Assembly: GCA_041917295.1 (NCBI GenBank)
Contig: JAYRXX010000063.1
Coordinates: 21,583 to 85,582, forward strand
Origin: Elusimicrobiota bacterium
GTDB taxonomy: Bacteria; Elusimicrobiota; Elusimicrobia; FEN-1173
DNA length: 64,000 nucleotides
Direction of reading: 5' to 3'
The notes beneath the pieces are model-generated. The model made no database searches. It was not told the DNA's origin and saw only the letters and a list, made by a program, of their open reading frames with translations. The translations under genes and the position numbers were made by a program. Of the stretch, positions 39,601 to 45,990 are shown in pieces. Positions within the stretch are counted from its first letter, which is position 1, and each line of letters opens with the position of its first letter.

Positions 39601-40562
39601 ACACAAGCTTGTTTATGGGGTTTGACATGAAACCGGATGGGACGTTAAGAGTTTTTGTCCATCCCGACGTTTTCAATGGGGCCGCCGACCCGGCCGCGTT
39701 TCTTCTCGATGCCATGATGCACGAGATTCTTGAAGGACCAGGGGGTGTGGAACACTCGATCCTTGAGGACGAAGGCATCGGAATGGACCGAAATATCGAT
39801 TGGCAGACAGCGGAGGCGCGAATTTCATCAGTCCAGTTGAGGTTGGCAACGAACTTATTGGAGCGATGGTCACGGGATGGTGATCCAGATGCCCTAATAA
39901 AATTGGCGATGGTTGGGGCTCATGGGGTGAATTGGGATGGAGCGCGGCCAGCGACCCCTGTCGGGGCCATGGGGCCGACGTTCGCTCTGGCGGGGGACCG
40001 TGGACAGCGGGCGTTGGCTCACCTCATGGCTGTGGCGGAGGATGTCGGAATGGATTCCACCCTGGTCGAACGATTGTTGCATCGGGGCCTTTTGGTGGCG
40101 GGTTGGCGGGCGGTATTGGCCGAGGCCCCCGGCGCGTTCCACTATGTGGACGTTTCCCCTCTGGATGAGGCTCCGGAATCCGAAAATCGGTTGGCCTGTG
40201 AAACGCTTCTTTCCGCTTTGGAGGTTGTTGTGGCCGCCGACCCAAATCCAACAAAGAGGGCCCAACAGATTTTTATCGGATGCGACAACCAGGGTCAAAA
40301 AACCTTCGTTGAGTCGCGGTTTCCGACCTTAAAGGGCTCTCGGTTTAAAACCAATCGATTTGAGGGAAAGGATATCGCTGTCGGATGGGCGGCAACCGAG
40401 GTCGACGAGGCCGGGTCGTCCTCTTTGCACGTTCACACGGTGCGGGAGTTGAACACCGACGGCACGCCTCCAGGGATCGACGTGGTGCCCAGCCCCTACA
40501 ACTTGAGCACGATCATGCAAAAAGCATTGGATTCCATTATCCGCGTCTTGATTGCCGCTTAA
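33621..40562 (+). CDS. giant secreted protein (2313 aa) of unknown function with HExxH zincin-like motif
   Basis: GAGGGGG RBS, then GTG at 33621 / ATG at 33624. Signal peptide MMSLFFSVSGIRRRWSVFALSVIFFGSNVLAVHAGEA. One HExxH (VMVHELTHILL, ~residue 1660) with a downstream Glu (GTIHEWLAD). Charged coiled-coil stretch EEEIERQRIEQEEIERRHAEE. No Walker motif or other recognisable domain. GC is clearly below genome background. Confidence 0.7.
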   Translation: MMSLFFSVSGIRRRWSVFALSVIFFGSNVLAVHAGEASFWAERRNVSRRMHGVEAKSGATGFGLTAEQYQTLTQLPKAGQLNPGSIQGGSSVGSGRAVSPPVSNVFRPFEHPTLLGDTPTWVSQLILPYGSILEAHLAKKTNAPFIVHIQDAHGIEEAQKNMAAMIEGLSENRGVSLVGVEAAQGPFNMGPYRDWPDANVTRDVATYFLKDGTIGGAEFAGITAPKPLTLWGIEDTDLYLANVHALIDANKLKPELTKALAGIKRSVSSLKETIYSKELKDFDKHFQAYQDQREGLGAYVRFLTAGSLSNKKGLPNLHLLVKALMAEEALDFKQVEKERLKLVERLALRLAKDKLDLLVQKSFQYRAGQIGYGDYHRFLKSLCRENGISLGDLNQLDNYIEYVLLADKIDRNNLLNELTRAEKASQDRLAITSEQKKLLAVARRLALLEKLSTHTMTPDDWAAFEKEREHILTIASDLATLSGEEQALPLDTLAGLISPSESFCRFAIDRNAAFIDNLSAQMEMKKASSAVLVAGGFHSDGLTRLLRERDLSYVVVTPKISEVPKENNYLDVFARDPLPLEKLFAGEKISLNSARLSGGTMRGFEGPASAFRREGVATMAATASLEPNVDHTALSRTAESTAAELSAPMSIKISGSSNRTWTTIDTNGDGQVDLKMIATPSGRSLPPQEDSPPLSTVEIDGRAKITFHQIRPGLFKKVWASIRKIFPIRSPVNSRGGVEQTPTSNTAFPILHVPQGGLIGKFRLLSDPQWDPASKTVSFVGQDIENPGKPPETIRLEAEIVDREEWADRLYSSLSGRENDLVTEIMDWFQDAFHGPLIVLRDNPITQGIGTQVGEQGGFVAVSERYANNHIAWFHEIAEAMAPNADEILSRLSPNSQAWYKAHMSKPGRQGMERHYAIRALQREVFRQSDLSLTYEIKGRLSATDISKKLSSAKLKKGFVVRNEFSRQRSSQNSREGEISLLEDLIKTQRKAEEEEIERQRIEQEEIERRHAEETAVRVKIRSLLDRAKGIIEAPLASDLAHEHRLIEKDKAALAAVSVLRPLFEMNPEWVAEALVEDLMAGGATPADLYSLMGKDSFGVYLAKNVVPQLGERALSQTLLKLMEKRSTLQWNRRAFKAHAAVVTLFVDHAPRLGERVTAEVAGPLLMALRKEFRARPYTRLSFVQGIPDYRRYFDVDGDVVFFKDDFLNRLLVRDMGARRNLHTLYHEAIREQEYLSSLTDNLLSKDTEGHLFNALLSALHQEGNPLVRAHLESSLIRAWRTTLPSAHERLLNLVKEIQATHHNGDERLKEDAIGRLLMIAHKDGWDSGISSDILFSMAMDGLPGLFEAVRSQSSEIDKMPRGIERDMANRQMGETMTAVKKRLAILWRVALSATSQSSVPASISVAGRAMAYLVEVAQMEGDIAIRSETIALLGIAVEKGYPAAVRAFLPSIQPSSQQFENLFYDNPSDEVILNALRSKAMSVRLGFLLLRRYKNDPSRAGLLKAIVLDRKTNEGDSLGINAQIRFYAFALYGSQYLKTTNEDGITSSYDENQFQEMAGALAPHAHGFIGTAIDDSILIDRLFDGWPGQDEELGAYAIATVLDAFHGNLTGLKAKGFVAVAERVVNARASSYLNNAYDDLSFGGHFLRRAQNPVQFFFQVMVHELTHILLKNQHDYLAGELVGGTIHEWLADLAAEDFSRRRGLSLEDYRDILGFDRDLSFVEEDSFHTIEVHEGARAQQLLIAGWLSENGLTLDPSKMVRAALDVLPGTSGDDLDVVVRKVLERFAGRPLEDSETAGMNRMFLSLFDYRFDEFIEGKYRQRILSLPVLREILSPLLDGLATSLQSVFPSGQEEGVLAEATARSLAGAGLWTGGLFPLLSLGTKNVLDAVAKSLAAWGLEPIKDMSPRLWPQMIQEAMAGGLQLELIQSIVGALARDGFMEERAWTAKENAALEKVQRRLASDLPGVRAIEYVRLGFGKKAVDPSTGAEVSLDTSLFMGFDMKPDGTLRVFVHPDVFNGAADPAAFLLDAMMHEILEGPGGVEHSILEDEGIGMDRNIDWQTAEARISSVQLRLATNLLERWSRDGDPDALIKLAMVGAHGVNWDGARPATPVGAMGPTFALAGDRGQRALAHLMAVAEDVGMDSTLVERLLHRGLLVAGWRAVLAEAPGAFHYVDVSPLDEAPESENRLACETLLSALEVVVAADPNPTKRAQQIFIGCDNQGQKTFVESRFPTLKGSRFKTNRFEGKDIAVGWAATEVDEAGSSSLHVHTVRELNTDGTPPGIDVVPSPYNLSTIMQKALDSIIRVLIAA

Positions 40563-40677
40563 AAATTCAACCTATTTGCCCCACCCGGGTTAAGGGGACT
40601 ATAGTGAGCATTTTACAATGCAAAATGCTCACTATCTATACGAAATGCACGGTCCACAACCGACCGGCCAGATGTTT

Positions 40678-41022
40678 CTAACGGCCCAGGATGATGTCGA
40701 TACCGGTCAGAACGAGGTTCAGTTGGCGGGATGACAGTTTTCCCGCCCGCTCGGTCAAAAGGGTTCTGTCGAGAGCGATGATCTGGGAGACGTTGGCGAC
40801 GGAATCTTTTGGGAGGTCCGTCTCGTTTGCGGACAAAAAGACGTTCCCGGGAGCCTCCGCCCACTGGAGATTGCTTGTCAACGGGACACAAACAATAGTC
40901 GCGATTCGGCTCCTGTTCAAAGGGTCGCCCTGGACGACGGCGACGGGACGTCGAAAGCCGGGCCCCGACCCCGTAGGGTCGGGAAGATCGGCCCACCATA
41001 TCTCCCCCTGGGCGACTTTCAC
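40678..41022 (-). CDS. type II toxin, PemK/MazF family endoribonuclease
   Basis: ...GEIWWADLPDP...RPVAVVQGD...VCVPLTSNLQ... fits MazF/PemK. The GTG start overlaps the antitoxin stop (GTGA). The ORF-track TTG start at 41097 would overlap the antitoxin by 79 nt. Confidence 0.7.
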   Translation of the reverse strand: MKVAQGEIWWADLPDPTGSGPGFRRPVAVVQGDPLNRSRIATIVCVPLTSNLQWAEAPGNVFLSANETDLPKDSVANVSQIIALDRTLLTERAGKLSSRQLNLVLTGIDIILGR

Positions 41023-41255
41023 CAGGACGAAGTTTTTAGACGACGGCGGCCCGCTTCTTGAAGAAAAGGATCGAGCGGTTCGCTCATTTCCCCGCAAACC
41101 CTGTTCATGGCTTCCGTGACTTCATTGGGGGAATGACGGTACAAGTATTCCTGCATGGCCTCGCTGAGGAGGCGGCTTCGTGATTTCTTTACTCGGCGCG
41201 TGTATTCCTCCACCTGGCGAAACAGGCGGTTCGGCATGGAAATGGCTGTTTTCAT
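41019..41255 (-). CDS. ribbon-helix-helix (CopG/MazE-like) antitoxin
   Basis: MKTAISMPNRLFRQVEEYTRRVKKSRSRLLSEAMQEYL has an RHH beta-strand + two helices pattern. Lies upstream of and overlapping the toxin. Confidence 0.6.
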   Translation of the reverse strand: MKTAISMPNRLFRQVEEYTRRVKKSRSRLLSEAMQEYLYRHSPNEVTEAMNRVCGEMSEPLDPFLQEAGRRRLKTSSW

Positions 41256-41369
41256 ACCATTAGTATGACTCACACACATACGGCTGTCAAGGCCTGACAG
41301 AGCATTTTTTCCACGTTGGCAATTCCCTCATCCGGCCCTTCGGGTCGGCTTCGAGTCCCACGCTAAAAC

Positions 41370-41453
41370 TGCCCGGGGCGGGACTCGAACCCGCACGAGC
41401 CTTTGGCTCACGGCATTTTAAGTGCCGTGTGTCTGCCGTTCCACCACCCGGGC
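41370..41453 (-). tRNA. tRNA-Leu (anticodon UAA), type II with long variable arm
   Basis: Reverse strand reads GCCCGGG-TG-GTGGAACGGCAGACAC-A-CGGCA-CTTAAAA-TGCCG-TGAGCCAAAGGCTC-GTGCGGGTTCGAGTCCCGC-CCCGGGC-A. Full cloverleaf. Anticodon loop CTTAAAA. CCA is not encoded. Confidence 0.85.
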
Positions 41454-41987
41454 CAAATTAATTTGTTTTCTTCTGTTCTTACCGCGATGAGTCGGTTTAA
41501 GACTGTGACAGTTGGGACAGAGGATCCTTAGATTCACAAGCCGATTGTCCGTTCGATCACCATTAATGTGATCCAATTCGAGCGGCAGATAGCCATCGGC
41601 CGTTTTTTTTGCCCACCCGCATTCTTCACACGCCTTGCTTTTTAAACCCTCAGAAAACAACCTTTTTTTTAGCTTAAAAATTTGAAAATCACTCCCCATG
41701 ACAAGAATTTTACTCAGTGGAAGCCGGGGCTTTCCAATGCCTCGAAGACCGCGATTCCAGGCTTGGTGTTTAAAATGTGAGATATCCAACCCCAACTCGG
41801 CAATATACTTTCGGAGCTGAGAATAATTCCCCCCAGCCTCCCTAAGCCCCAGACGCATCAACAACTGGCGGTAGCTGTAAACTGCGGGGACAGCGGACTT
41901 CAATGTCTCCTCGGACCACTTACGCTCTCGCATGGACCGAATCATACAATTCGGCAAAGGCATAAACAACGGCACACGCAAAAACAT
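41418..41987 (-). CDS. HNH endonuclease family protein
   Basis: HNH motif ...LELDHINGDRTDNRLVNLRILCPNCH..., plus upstream zinc-finger-like CEECGW. The last 36 nt of the ORF overlap the 5' half of the tRNA-Leu. Confidence 0.55.
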   Translation of the reverse strand: MFLRVPLFMPLPNCMIRSMRERKWSEETLKSAVPAVYSYRQLLMRLGLREAGGNYSQLRKYIAELGLDISHFKHQAWNRGLRGIGKPRLPLSKILVMGSDFQIFKLKKRLFSEGLKSKACEECGWAKKTADGYLPLELDHINGDRTDNRLVNLRILCPNCHSLKPTHRGKNRRKQINLARVVERQTHGT

Positions 41988-42005
41988 CGCCTTCGGAGAT
42001 GCGAT

Positions 42006-43370
42006 TTATCCCCTTACCGGCGGCAACCCCGCCAGGGCCATGGCCAGTTCGCCTTCGTCCAATTTTTGGTCCACCAACTTTCCGGCGTTGTAATCCATGT
42101 AGGCCTGCATATCGAAATGACCGTGCCCGCACAAATTGAACAGGATGGCCCGGGAAACCCCTTCGGCCTTGCATTTCAACGCCTCGTCAATGGCGCCCCG
42201 GATGGCGTGGTTGGCTTCCGGCGCCGGCATGATTCCTTCCGCCCGGGCAAACTGGACCCCCGCCGAAAAACACGCCGTTTGATGGAACGCCGCCGCCTCG
42301 ATCAGCCCCAATTCTTTCACGTGACTGACCAACGGCGCCATCCCGTGATATCTCAACCCCCCGGAATGGAACCCCGGCGGCGTGAACGTGGACCCCAGGG
42401 TGTGCATTTTGGTTAATGGAGTCAAATGGGCCGTGTCGCCGAAATCGTAAGCGAACTTGCCGCGCGTCAAACTCGGACAGGCCGCGGGTTCCACCGCCAC
42501 CACGCGGACTTTTTTTCCACCCCGCAGTTGGGCCCCCAAAAACGGAAACACCAGGCCACCGAAATTCGACCCGCCCCCGGTACACGCCACCAAAATGTCG
42601 GGATAATCGTCGGCCATCGCCATCTGTTCCATGGCTTCCAACCCGACCACCGTCTGATGAAGGAGAACGTGGTTTAACACCGAACCCAAAGCGTAGTTGG
42701 TGTCGTCGCGCTGGGCGGCCACTTCCACGGCCTCGGAAATGGCAATACCAAGGCTTCCCGGATGTTTGGGATTCTTGGCCAAAATGTCCCGGCCCGACTG
42801 GGTTTCGTTGGAGGGCGAGGCCACACAGCGGGCCCCATAGGTTTCCATTAACGCCCGCCGGTATGGTTTTTGATCGTAAGACACCCGCACCATAAAAACC
42901 TGAACATCAATGCCAAACAACGCCCCCGCGAACGCCAACGACGATCCCCATTGGCCCGCGCCGGTTTCCGTGGCGATTTTTTTGATGCCCGCTTCTTTAT
43001 TGTAAAACGCTTGGGGAACGGCGGTGTTGGGTTTATGGCTCCCGGCGGGGCTGACACCCTCGTACTTGTAATAAATCCGCGCGGGCGTATCGAGCGCTTT
43101 CTCCAAACGGCGCGCTCGGAAAAGCGGCGACGGCCGCCATTGGCGATAAATGTCTCGGACCGGCTCGGGGATTTCAACATCCCGCTCCCGGGTCACTTCC
43201 TGCTGGATCAACGACATGGGGAACAGAGGTTCCAGGTCGCCCGGCGTCACCGGCGCGTGGGTGCCCGGGTGCAACACCGCCGGCGGCGGCGCGGGCAAAT
43301 CGGCCACCAGGTTATACCAGTGTTTCGGAATTTTTGATTCGTCGAGAAAATACTTAACGGTTTCGCTCAT
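42006..43370 (-). CDS. trpB: tryptophan synthase beta chain, TrpB2-type (PLP-dependent)
   Basis: 454 aa, typical TrpB2 length. PLP-lysine region and GGGSNFGGLVFPF glycine loop. Confidence 0.85.
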   Translation of the reverse strand: MSETVKYFLDESKIPKHWYNLVADLPAPPPAVLHPGTHAPVTPGDLEPLFPMSLIQQEVTRERDVEIPEPVRDIYRQWRPSPLFRARRLEKALDTPARIYYKYEGVSPAGSHKPNTAVPQAFYNKEAGIKKIATETGAGQWGSSLAFAGALFGIDVQVFMVRVSYDQKPYRRALMETYGARCVASPSNETQSGRDILAKNPKHPGSLGIAISEAVEVAAQRDDTNYALGSVLNHVLLHQTVVGLEAMEQMAMADDYPDILVACTGGGSNFGGLVFPFLGAQLRGGKKVRVVAVEPAACPSLTRGKFAYDFGDTAHLTPLTKMHTLGSTFTPPGFHSGGLRYHGMAPLVSHVKELGLIEAAAFHQTACFSAGVQFARAEGIMPAPEANHAIRGAIDEALKCKAEGVSRAILFNLCGHGHFDMQAYMDYNAGKLVDQKLDEGELAMALAGLPPVRG

Positions 43371-43402
43371 GGGATCTCCTTGTCCATGGAGCCCCTATTC
43401 TA

Positions 43403-44497
43403 TCAAAACGTGTTGAGCGCGTTGATCAAAAGCCGCAACCGGCCGAAATTAAACCGATTGAACGGAAACACCAGCCGCGGAAGGTTTAAGAAATCCGATT
43501 CTTCTTCCAGCGGGCCCTGATTGACGAAATGGGCGCCTTTCAACAAAATGTCCTTAAACTGGGTTTCAAGACGATCCAACCCCGACTGGGGAATGGGCCG
43601 TTGAAGTCGAATAACCATTCGGTCCCGAACATAGCGAACCGAGTGGTAATTTTTATAAAAGCCCGCGATTTCCTCGGCCGCTTTATTGACCGAATCGGTG
43701 ACCAAAAACAGGTTGAAATCTTCCTCGGCGATCTTGCCCCGTTTCAACAAATGTTTGCGAACGTAGCGTTCCCAATCTTTCCAATACTCGCCGCCGGGCG
43801 TATCAATGAAAACGATCGGCATCGGGTCGGCCTTGCCGGTTTGAACCAACGTCAACACTTCCATTCCTTCGTCGTGGGTGCCGAACCCGCCGGGGAACAA
43901 CGCCACGGCGTTCGCTTCTTTAACGAACATCAGTTTACGCGTAAAGAAAAACCGACAGTCAATAAACCGGTCTCCTTTGTCCACGTAGGCGTTGGTGCTT
44001 TGCTCGTAGGGCAAGCGGATGTTGATGCCGAAACTGTTTTCCGGCCCCGCGCCCTGGTTGCCCGCCTGCATGATGCCCGGCCCCGCGCCGGTGATCACCA
44101 TAAACCCCCGCTGAACCATTTTGCGCGCGAAGGCCCGGGCCTGCTTGTAATCCATTTCCGACGGACGGGTTCGAGCCGATCCAAAGATCGTCACTTTCCG
44201 GCGATTGCGATAGGGGCCGAACACCCGAAACCCATACCGCAGTTCCCGCAACGACCGGCTTAAAATTTTCGCGTCCCCCCGGGGAAGTTGGGAATGTTGT
44301 GTTTTCAACGCCGTCACCACGATTTCCCGCACCAAGTCGCTGATGTCTTCTTCCGGAACGTTGGACACCCGCGCCCGCTGAACCAGCGCGTCGATTTGAG
44401 CGGTGATTTCCGGGTCCCAGGCGTTGAACGATTCGGTGCGGGGCTCCTCGGGAAATCGCATTTCGTTTTGCGGCGAAGGAACAGGTTCTTGAGTCAT
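43403..44497 (-). CDS. LOG-family nucleotide 5'-monophosphate nucleosidase (PpnN/YgdH-like, two-domain)
   Basis: VTIFGSARTRPSE...GGFGTHDE LOG motifs, with an N-terminal extension as in PpnN. Confidence 0.75.
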   Translation of the reverse strand: MTQEPVPSPQNEMRFPEEPRTESFNAWDPEITAQIDALVQRARVSNVPEEDISDLVREIVVTALKTQHSQLPRGDAKILSRSLRELRYGFRVFGPYRNRRKVTIFGSARTRPSEMDYKQARAFARKMVQRGFMVITGAGPGIMQAGNQGAGPENSFGINIRLPYEQSTNAYVDKGDRFIDCRFFFTRKLMFVKEANAVALFPGGFGTHDEGMEVLTLVQTGKADPMPIVFIDTPGGEYWKDWERYVRKHLLKRGKIAEEDFNLFLVTDSVNKAAEEIAGFYKNYHSVRYVRDRMVIRLQRPIPQSGLDRLETQFKDILLKGAHFVNQGPLEEESDFLNLPRLVFPFNRFNFGRLRLLINALNTF

Positions 44498-44510
44498 AAA
44501 AACGTCCTTT

Positions 44511-45884
44511 TTAATGATCGTAATGCCGAGCGGTTTCTTCCGCGGTCCATTCCCGCGGCCGAACGAAGGCCCGTCGTAAACTTTGTTTTACATAGGCCGC
44601 GCCCAAAAACGCCAGCGCATGCCACTCCCGCAACCGGGGATGCGCGTCCCAGAACGCTCTCCGCCGGGCCGAGGGAGGCGATCCCGCATTCGAAACATCG
44701 ACTTTGTTTCCATCGAAATCCATCGCCGCCGTGCACGACGGCGTCGAACAGCCCAGCCAGCGGACAACCGCGTCGGCCGCTTCCTGCCCCATCAAACGGA
44801 AGTCTGACATTTTTCCCCCGGCCACGGTGAACATCCCCGGCACAACAGGGGCGTGATTAAACACCCGGTATCCGCGAGACAGCAATTTTTCCGGACCCGA
44901 TTGCCCCAACAGCGGCCGTGCCCCCACCGTGGTGGAATCAAATCGGGTTGGAAAATCGGGGAAATAGCGACGGCAAGAAGCCAGGAGATAGTCGATTTCG
45001 TCCGCGGTTGTCCGCAACGAGGTTGGATCTCCGTGGAACGCCAGGTCCGTGGGACCCACCAAGGTTTTTTCCCTTCCCGGAAGAATGAAAATGTATCGGC
45101 CTCGGTCCGTTGCTTCCAACAGCAACCCCAATGGGAATGGCGTCCGCCCCAAGATAGGCAAAGACCGATACACCAAATGGGAGCCTTTTTGTAACCGTAA
45201 CGGAACCCGCCCGCTTGCGCCCTGGGCCACGGCATCGGCCCACGGTCCCGCCGCGTTAACCACCGATCGGGCGGACACCGTTTGGACAACGCCATCGGCT
45301 CGACGCAACGACACCGAAAGCCCTCCGTTGATGGGAGTTATTTTCTCCGCTTCCGTATGCTCTTCTACCCGGGCCCCGGCCCGAATTGCGTGATCCACGT
45401 TGGCGCGTGTGAGACGCACAGGATCGACCCAATATTCATCAAAAATCAGCCCCCCCACCAAGCCCGCGGGGGACAACCCCGGCACCAACCGAAGGGTCTC
45501 CGACGCGTTCAGACGCACATGGCTTTTTCCGAATTTTAATTGTTGAAACGTGTCGTAGGAGAACAACAGGGCTTCCACGGTGCCGATCCCCCGGCGATGC
45601 CATCGGTACACAGGCCACAAAATGGGCAATCGCGTTAGAAATTGGTTCGCCAAACGAACAATGTGCCCCGCGTCCCAACAACTGGCGTGGGTGGTGAGGC
45701 GGTCGTAGAGCAGGTATCTCAATCCGCCGTGGATCAAATGGCTGGACGCGGCCGTGGTGGCGCGGCCGAGAGTGTTTTTTTCCACCAGCAAAGAGCGGAC
45801 GCCCCGCAAAGAGAGGTCCCGCAACACCCCCGCTCCCGTGATCCCGCCGCCGATCACGAGGGCGTCATACACGGAAAGGCTCAT
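44511..45884 (-). CDS. FAD-dependent glycerol-3-phosphate dehydrogenase-like oxidoreductase (GlpA/GlpD family)
   Basis: N-terminal DALVIGGGITGAGVLRDLSLRG...SSHLIHGGLRYL dinucleotide-binding signature. Confidence 0.7.
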   Translation of the reverse strand: MSLSVYDALVIGGGITGAGVLRDLSLRGVRSLLVEKNTLGRATTAASSHLIHGGLRYLLYDRLTTHASCWDAGHIVRLANQFLTRLPILWPVYRWHRRGIGTVEALLFSYDTFQQLKFGKSHVRLNASETLRLVPGLSPAGLVGGLIFDEYWVDPVRLTRANVDHAIRAGARVEEHTEAEKITPINGGLSVSLRRADGVVQTVSARSVVNAAGPWADAVAQGASGRVPLRLQKGSHLVYRSLPILGRTPFPLGLLLEATDRGRYIFILPGREKTLVGPTDLAFHGDPTSLRTTADEIDYLLASCRRYFPDFPTRFDSTTVGARPLLGQSGPEKLLSRGYRVFNHAPVVPGMFTVAGGKMSDFRLMGQEAADAVVRWLGCSTPSCTAAMDFDGNKVDVSNAGSPPSARRRAFWDAHPRLREWHALAFLGAAYVKQSLRRAFVRPREWTAEETARHYDH

Positions 45885-45990
45885 TGCCTCACCTGTCCCT
45901 TCGGGACATCCTCTCCCAGGAGGAGAGGAACGCCTCAGTCAATTTTCGCCTGCACCGTCCAACCGCGGAAGAAACCCCGTCCTGCAAATC

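Noticed and set aside
31005-41453. Integrase gene or att direct repeat delimiting the island
   Set aside because: Neither was found by eye. The island status rests on composition and context only.
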